From the NCBI GenBank assembly GCA_017452305.1, contig JAFTMQ010000073.1:1-30588 (forward strand): a stretch of DNA of 30,588 bases. The letters are read 5' to 3'. This stretch comes from Clostridia bacterium. GTDB taxonomy: Bacteria; Bacillota; Clostridia; Christensenellales; Borkfalkiaceae. Shown in pieces: positions 25,098-30,588 of the stretch (its first letter is position 1; the number at the start of each line of letters is the position of its first letter). A program made the position numbers and the translations under genes. Under the pieces are notes generated by a model that was given only the letters and a program-made list of their open reading frames with translations, was not told the origin of the DNA and made no database searches.

Positions 25098-27245
25098 TTA
25101 AGAACCAGACCGCATATCGTCTATTGCAATCATTCTTCTCTCTTTTCTCGATTTCTCCGCCGCGAACACGCAAAGGTGTCCGTTGATGGAATCGTCAAGC
25201 TTTGTAATGGAAACAGAGCTCTTATCCCCATGCAGGTACGCGATGAGATCGTGCATAATGGCAAAATCACCGCCGTTATGTCCGCCGTATTTCGCGTTGC
25301 TTATTACCTCGTCCTTGATGTCGATAACCTCGCTCGTACCGCTAAACGTGCCGTCCGCATATTTGCGAAGCGTGAATTTATCCTCTTCCAATTTGCCCTC
25401 GATTTCACCCAACGTACCGACGATATGGATATATCTATCCGCCTTCACCGCGCCGCCAACCAACGTAAACGTGCAGTTGGAGCCGTTTTTAAAGGACACG
25501 ATAACGTTTTGTCTATCGACAAGGTCGCCAAGGTTATCGTAAGCGCATTTGCCGTAAATATCGTGCTTTAAGAACTCTTCCTTTTCCTCGGGCGTAATGT
25601 CGTCCAAGGGCTTGTTAAGTCTATCCCACGTAAGGAAGGGCATCGCGTTCATTTCCATATACAGCTTGATTGCCGAATAGGGACAATTCCGCTCGTGCGG
25701 GCATTGATAGCAATACTCCGTCGCGCCTTCGGGTTTGTTTTCCTTGACGAACTGCGAACGACAACCAAAGCTCGAAACCAAGTCGGGTTGGCTTTTGTTG
25801 TTCAACCAACACATCAAGTCCAAATCGTGACAGCATTTTGCAAGCAAGAAACCGCTTCCGCAGTTTTCTTCGCTGTTCCACTTCCCGCGGACGTACGCGG
25901 TAAGATAGTGCGCGATACAAACGTGCTCGTTCATTTCCATAGAAACGACGTCGCCGATTACGCCGCGGAGCAAAATCCGCTTAATGCGACGGTAGTACGG
26001 CGTATAGCGCAATACGTGGCAAACGAATACCTTACAGTCGTTCTTCTCGGCGAGATTTCTAATGTCCATCAATTCCTTTTCGTTGGGCACGATAGGCTTT
26101 TCCATCAACATATCGTACTTCGCGCCAAGAATTTGCATCGCCGTTTGATAATGGTATTGGTCCATCGTCGCATTGATAACAAAGTCGCATTCCACGTTGG
26201 CTTTTAAGAAGTCGTCAAAGCTTGAAAACAATCTATCGTCCGACAGTCCGTATCTCTTTTGCGCTTCTTTAAGCTTGAAATCTCTCGGATCAACGATAGC
26301 GGCAACACCGAACTCATCAGGATAATCCAAACTGTAATCGGCATATACCTGTCCTCTATTGCCATAACCGACTATCACCGCCCACAGCTTTTTGCTATGC
26401 GCTTCCGTAGCCTTTACTTGTTCCTCGGTAAGATTATCCATCTTTTTCTCTTCTCCTCCACTCTCACCCTTGTATTTTTTCAATACACGGTAATAAGTTT
26501 CCATACTGTTAAATCCGCAACGAAGCACAATTTCCCTAAGCGTGTATTTGGATTCCAACCGCTCGCGCAATTCCAAAACCTTACGCACGCGCACTCTATT
26601 GATATATTCGTTGAGGTTCATGCCTGCCATTCTATTGAACAAGGCAGAAAAGTAATTTTCGCTGTAACCAAATTTTTTGGCAAGTGCGGGCAATTTCAAT
26701 TCCTCGCCGTAGTTGTTGGCGATATATTCGCTCACCTTAATAAAGAATTCACGATTATTGTTCTTTTCTTTATGGCGAAGCAAATTATAGGGATATAACA
26801 CCCCGAAAAAGGATTGAATAAAACCACGCTTCTGCAAGGTGTTAAAGCCGTCGTAATTATGATACGCGTCGCGAACGAGCGCCTTCAAATCCTCCCAGCT
26901 CTTCCCCGTCGGATATAAGAAGTTGTTAAATTCCGATTTATCGTCAAGAATATTTACAAGATACTCCTTACTCACGACGATGATATACGCCGACGCGTTG
27001 CCAACGTATTCGTAGTGATGGGTATCGTAGGGGTTCGCGATAAACACGCTCCCCCCCGACAGCTCCTCCGTTTGATTGTTGACGCTGCAACGCATACACC
27101 CGTCGCAAACGACCAAAATTTCTATGCTTTGATGAATGTGCAATTCCCCAAAGCGATAACGCGCCGCCGCCATATCCGGAAAATATTGGAAATAGACGTA
27201 ATCGGGTTTATCCGCACTGCCTTCATACCAAATTTTATTCGTCAT
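25098..27245 (-). CDS. In-frame fusion of an AraC-family regulator (~268 aa) with a Gfo/Idh/MocA oxidoreductase (~447 aa)
   Basis: N-half has HIHQSIE cupin and LKLPALAKKFGYSENYFS...CGFNSMETYYRVLKK HTH. C-half has IVGYGNRG Rossmann loop, LMEKPI, CHVLRYTP and AKCCHDLD. Internal GGAGGAG (26459-26453) precedes an in-frame ATG at 26441. Confidence 0.85.
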   Translation of the reverse strand: MTNKIWYEGSADKPDYVYFQYFPDMAAARYRFGELHIHQSIEILVVCDGCMRCSVNNQTEELSGGSVFIANPYDTHHYEYVGNASAYIIVVSKEYLVNILDDKSEFNNFLYPTGKSWEDLKALVRDAYHNYDGFNTLQKRGFIQSFFGVLYPYNLLRHKEKNNNREFFIKVSEYIANNYGEELKLPALAKKFGYSENYFSALFNRMAGMNLNEYINRVRVRKVLELRERLESKYTLREIVLRCGFNSMETYYRVLKKYKGESGGEEKKMDNLTEEQVKATEAHSKKLWAVIVGYGNRGQVYADYSLDYPDEFGVAAIVDPRDFKLKEAQKRYGLSDDRLFSSFDDFLKANVECDFVINATMDQYHYQTAMQILGAKYDMLMEKPIVPNEKELMDIRNLAEKNDCKVFVCHVLRYTPYYRRIKRILLRGVIGDVVSMEMNEHVCIAHYLTAYVRGKWNSEENCGSGFLLAKCCHDLDLMCWLNNKSQPDLVSSFGCRSQFVKENKPEGATEYCYQCPHERNCPYSAIKLYMEMNAMPFLTWDRLNKPLDDITPEEKEEFLKHDIYGKCAYDNLGDLVDRQNVIVSFKNGSNCTFTLVGGAVKADRYIHIVGTLGEIEGKLEEDKFTLRKYADGTFSGTSEVIDIKDEVISNAKYGGHNGGDFAIMHDLIAYLHGDKSSVSITKLDDSINGHLCVFAAEKSRKERRMIAIDDMRSGS

Positions 27246-28120
27246 AATTTTATCCCCGCCGCAAAGTCACCACTGCTAAAGAATTTCATGCTAATAATCG
27301 ACGTAAAGATGAGCGGAACACTCGAAATGATATACATTGCGTAAATTGCACCGCGCGACGCGCCGCCGCCCGTGGGCGAACCCATAAATCTTTCCTGCAC
27401 GGAAAGCATAATCGGCATCAACGTCATCTTTTCGCTCAAAATCAAGCTCGGCCACAAATAGTCGTTATACAAAGAGCCAAACGTACCGACGAACTTATAC
27501 AAAATAATCGGAAACGCCAAAGGCGTGGTCAATTTGAAGAAAATTTGTATATCGTTTGCGCCTTCGATTTGCGCGCTTTCATAGATTGATCTCGGCTGTT
27601 GCCCGAAGAAGGTTCTAAACAAGAACAACGCACCGACTTGACCGCCCGCAAAGTTGGGCAACAAATAACCGATATACGTGTCGTTTAAGTGCAATACCGT
27701 ACGCATATACGGCACGAGGATAGGCATACCCATGATGGACGGCAAAAGCATAACCGAAATATACATCATAAAGATAATTTCCTTGAACGGGAATTTCTTG
27801 TAGGTGAAGATATAGCCCAAGATTGCGCCCAACATACAGTCCACCGTCGCACCGGTGAGGGTAAGTAAAATACTATTGCCGAACGCGCCGCTAATCGCAT
27901 TCCACGCCGTCGAGAAGTTGTACGCTACGTTCGAGAAAATCATCGAAATCTGCGGGAATGCGAAGATATTTCTCGAAACCTCGTCGCTCGATTTTAAGGC
28001 GTTCAAAATGGTTACGAACAACGGCAATAAGCAAAAGACCGTACAGAAGGTAATCCAAGCAACGACAACGATTTGAACATGGAGCTTATCCGAGTGTTTT
28101 AAAATAACTTTTTTACCCAT
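27242..28120 (-). CDS. Carbohydrate ABC transporter permease (MalG/CUT1 type)
   Basis: Multiple hydrophobic helices, EAA-loop variant IYESAQIEGA...FFKLTTP, and YNDYLWP. Start moved to ATG 28120 after AAGGAGG, just past the upstream stop. Confidence 0.9.
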   Translation of the reverse strand: MGKKVILKHSDKLHVQIVVVAWITFCTVFCLLPLFVTILNALKSSDEVSRNIFAFPQISMIFSNVAYNFSTAWNAISGAFGNSILLTLTGATVDCMLGAILGYIFTYKKFPFKEIIFMMYISVMLLPSIMGMPILVPYMRTVLHLNDTYIGYLLPNFAGGQVGALFLFRTFFGQQPRSIYESAQIEGANDIQIFFKLTTPLAFPIILYKFVGTFGSLYNDYLWPSLILSEKMTLMPIMLSVQERFMGSPTGGGASRGAIYAMYIISSVPLIFTSIISMKFFSSGDFAAGIKL

Positions 28121-28121
28121 A

Positions 28122-30527
28122 TTATTCGTCCCCTCCTTCACGTCTCTTGGAATACATATTGAACACCGTCGCCGCGAACAGGAATACGAACAATACCGAC
28201 GCGTATGCCGACGCCAAGCCGTAGTTGCCTTGCGTTTGTATCTTGTCGTACATGGTATGTATTGGCGTGTTCGTATCGTAGATGTTGTTCATATCCGTCA
28301 TGTACGTTCGTCCAAAGTTCTGCACGGACGAAATGAAGGTCATAATCAATACGTACTTAATCTGCGCGGCAATGAGCGGCACGTCAATCCAAATAAACCG
28401 CTTGATGACGGTGATGCCGTCCAATTCCGCCGCCTCGTAATAGCTGTCCGGTACGTTCATCATCGCGCCGTAGAAGATAAGATAGCTGCCTACGAACGGG
28501 AAGCCCATCATAATGATGGATATTCTCGTACCGATTTTATCGTGCATAAAGTCAAACGGCGTGCCGTTAAACAGCTGTATGACCATGTTGATAACACCGT
28601 TGGGGTAATCGTAAATACCCGATTTCCAAATCAACGTCGTCGCAACGCCGGGGATAACGCCGGGAATGAACAAGAGTGTTCTCATAACCGCCGAATAATT
28701 CTTGTTGCGCATAATCGTCAAGAAGAACGCGAAAATCAACGGAGGCAACAACGCCGTGAAAATATCGGTGGCAAGGAATAAGAGCATATTGCTAAATTCC
28801 AACCCCGCCTTCGACGACGTAAATACTTCCGCGTAGTTCGCAAAATTATTCCAAACCTTCGATTCGTTTTCTACCGTATAGTCAAAGAAGGACAACGCAA
28901 TAGAACCGATTGCGGGATAGTAACAGAACATTCCGACAAGCGAGAAGGACGCCGCCAATACGACGTAAATAAGCCAATGCTTTTTGACGAGCTTCATCGT
29001 TTTTTGGAATTTTTCCGAGAAACCGGGCTTGTATGCGCAAAGTGCGCTAAGCAGTACGACGATTGCCGCCACAACCGCCAATACGATTGCCGTAATCATA
29101 AAGCCCTGCAACAGGAAATAATATTCTTGGTTTTCAATGCCGATATGGCGCAAGATAAACTCGCCCGAAGCCGCTTCGTTTTTGTTTCTGTATAAGTAGT
29201 AGTTATCCACCCCGTTCCCGTTTTGGATAATCGTATTGATGTCGTCGTTTGCTTGCGTGGTAAACGTCAATTCGCCCGTATTGAAATCAATACGCGAAAT
29301 ACGGCTCGACGCTTCGTAGAATACGTACCCTACCTTCAACGTATCGTTGTAGGCGAGCGCATGCCCCTCGTCCCTCGGGGAAAGCGGAAGGGTGATGCCG
29401 CCAAGCTTGTTTTTCAAACGCACGAAATCGTTGGTTTCCACCGGAATATCGTCCACGTCCACAGTGTACACGCAGCTATCCTTCGTGATGAGGTAATATT
29501 TGTTTTTATCCGCGTCGTAACCGGCGCCGCGGTACGCTTCTTCCGTCAAGCTGTAAACGTAGCTGCCCGCCATGAGGAACTTATTAAAATCGAATTGAAT
29601 CGTCCCCACCTTCGCGTCGTAAGCTACGATACCGTCGCTTGCGTATTGCGCCGCAATCTCTTGCGCCGCAACGTTGGTATATTCCGCCCTCTTCGCCGTT
29701 TTATCCACGTCCGACAACCCCGCAAAATCGGGATCCGCATTGCAAAGCTCGTCCGTTCTTACGTCCACCTTTTCCTTCAATTCGTCTTGGTAGCCGTTGA
29801 ACGTGAAATCGGTGTCAAAGCGAATGATACCGTCGGGATGTACGATGCTTACGTAATCCTTCACGTTGCCGTTCATATCCATACACTCTACGATTTCAAA
29901 GGAATGTACGAGAAGGTTTTGCAAATAGGAAAGCACGGCATTTTGCTGCATTTCTACCTTATAAACGTAGCCCGTAGCAAGCGCGCCGGCGCTCAAATTA
30001 TTTACGTCGAATTTGCTAATTTTCATATTGCCGAGATAGCTGTTGAGCACGTACAAAATCCCGTCCTTCTCACGAAGGGCGTTCACCGTACCCGTAAGCT
30101 GCGTGACGCCGTTATACGTCAATTCGCCGTCCTTTTCCCGCAATTGAATTAAGTAGTTTTGCGCAGTATATACGTAAAAATCCTTTGAATCGCGCGAAGG
30201 CTTCAAAATACTGCGAATGTATTCCACTTTGCTTGCGTCGCCAATGCCGTTCTTCTCGGTAATGTCCTTCAAGCTGTAAGTTTCCAAGGTTTCGCCCTTG
30301 GCATTTAAGCGCATCACATTAGAACGCGTGGAAAGAAACCATTCTTCCCCGTCCGTTTCGGTGACGGAACTAATCGTCCCGCCGTCCGACGGATAAAGTC
30401 TCGTCGTTTGCGGGATATTCACGCCAAGCACAACCGCCGCAACGATGAACGCGAGCATAACGACTGCCGCGATCACCATTACGATTTTGCTCGGTTTTAT
30501 CCGTGATTGCTTTACGGATGTATCCAT
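28122..30527 (-). CDS. Carbohydrate ABC transporter permease (MalF/CUT1 type) with a ~430-aa N-terminal extracytoplasmic domain
   Basis: The C-terminal ~300 aa carry the YYEAAELDG...FIWIDVPLI EAA loop and GLASAYA. The N-terminus has one hydrophobic helix (~aa 14-36), a long hydrophilic beta-rich region and a second helix (~aa 470-500). RBS AAGGAG. Confidence 0.88.
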   Translation of the reverse strand: MDTSVKQSRIKPSKIVMVIAAVVMLAFIVAAVVLGVNIPQTTRLYPSDGGTISSVTETDGEEWFLSTRSNVMRLNAKGETLETYSLKDITEKNGIGDASKVEYIRSILKPSRDSKDFYVYTAQNYLIQLREKDGELTYNGVTQLTGTVNALREKDGILYVLNSYLGNMKISKFDVNNLSAGALATGYVYKVEMQQNAVLSYLQNLLVHSFEIVECMDMNGNVKDYVSIVHPDGIIRFDTDFTFNGYQDELKEKVDVRTDELCNADPDFAGLSDVDKTAKRAEYTNVAAQEIAAQYASDGIVAYDAKVGTIQFDFNKFLMAGSYVYSLTEEAYRGAGYDADKNKYYLITKDSCVYTVDVDDIPVETNDFVRLKNKLGGITLPLSPRDEGHALAYNDTLKVGYVFYEASSRISRIDFNTGELTFTTQANDDINTIIQNGNGVDNYYLYRNKNEAASGEFILRHIGIENQEYYFLLQGFMITAIVLAVVAAIVVLLSALCAYKPGFSEKFQKTMKLVKKHWLIYVVLAASFSLVGMFCYYPAIGSIALSFFDYTVENESKVWNNFANYAEVFTSSKAGLEFSNMLLFLATDIFTALLPPLIFAFFLTIMRNKNYSAVMRTLLFIPGVIPGVATTLIWKSGIYDYPNGVINMVIQLFNGTPFDFMHDKIGTRISIIMMGFPFVGSYLIFYGAMMNVPDSYYEAAELDGITVIKRFIWIDVPLIAAQIKYVLIMTFISSVQNFGRTYMTDMNNIYDTNTPIHTMYDKIQTQGNYGLASAYASVLFVFLFAATVFNMYSKRREGGDE

Positions 30528-30588
30528 AGTTTTCTCCTTACCGACAGCCGTTTAGACTGCCTTTCGTTGATATCTATTCGACTGTGTC

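Noticed and set aside
30543-30588. Possible 3' end of an upstream gene (TAA at 30554-30552, ...NRYQRKAV*) and a 7-bp hairpin with two G-U pairs (30561-30543) before the permease RBS
   Set aside because: There is too little sequence to choose a frame or name a product. It may be the solute-binding protein gene, but this cannot be supported.
1-30588. Mobile elements, tRNA/rRNA, toxin or defence genes
   Set aside because: I saw no transposase, integrase, terminal inverted repeats, tRNA cloverleaf or defence-family motifs on either strand.

Overview
A window of a moderately GC-rich, Gram-positive-type genome. The sigma70/SigA-like promoters, GGAGG ribosome-binding sites and gene style suggest an uncultured Clostridia lineage, possibly Christensenellales-like; this is inference only. 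Every real gene except one AraC regulator lies on the minus strand. Reading in the direction of transcription (from 30.5 kb downward): a carbohydrate ABC permease with a very large extracytoplasmic domain, a second ABC permease, an in-frame AraC::Gfo/Idh/MocA oxidoreductase fusion, two large lipoproteins of unknown function, a ~902-codon secreted repeat protein interrupted by one in-frame TAA, a cytoplasmic GH28-like protein with non-canonical motifs, a divergent AraC regulator, and a complete galacturonate isomerase-pathway operon (uxaB-uxaA-uxaC-eda-[CE4 deacetylase]-[SGNH/SASA esterase]-kdgK). Last comes a >=2452-aa subtilisin-family (S8) surface protease with Ig-like domains and a long BspA-type leucine-rich-repeat region. 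The ORF track omits this gene because its stop lies beyond position 1. The most notable signals are a Cys-containing C-terminal motif (CGS-x-x-G followed by a hydrophobic helix) shared by two unrelated secreted proteins, a candidate undescribed protein-sorting signal; the permease ectodomain; the AraC-oxidoreductase fusion; and the uncharacterised lipoproteins, which may form a Gram-positive pectin/uronate capture system. I saw no rRNA, tRNA, CRISPR array or mobile element.
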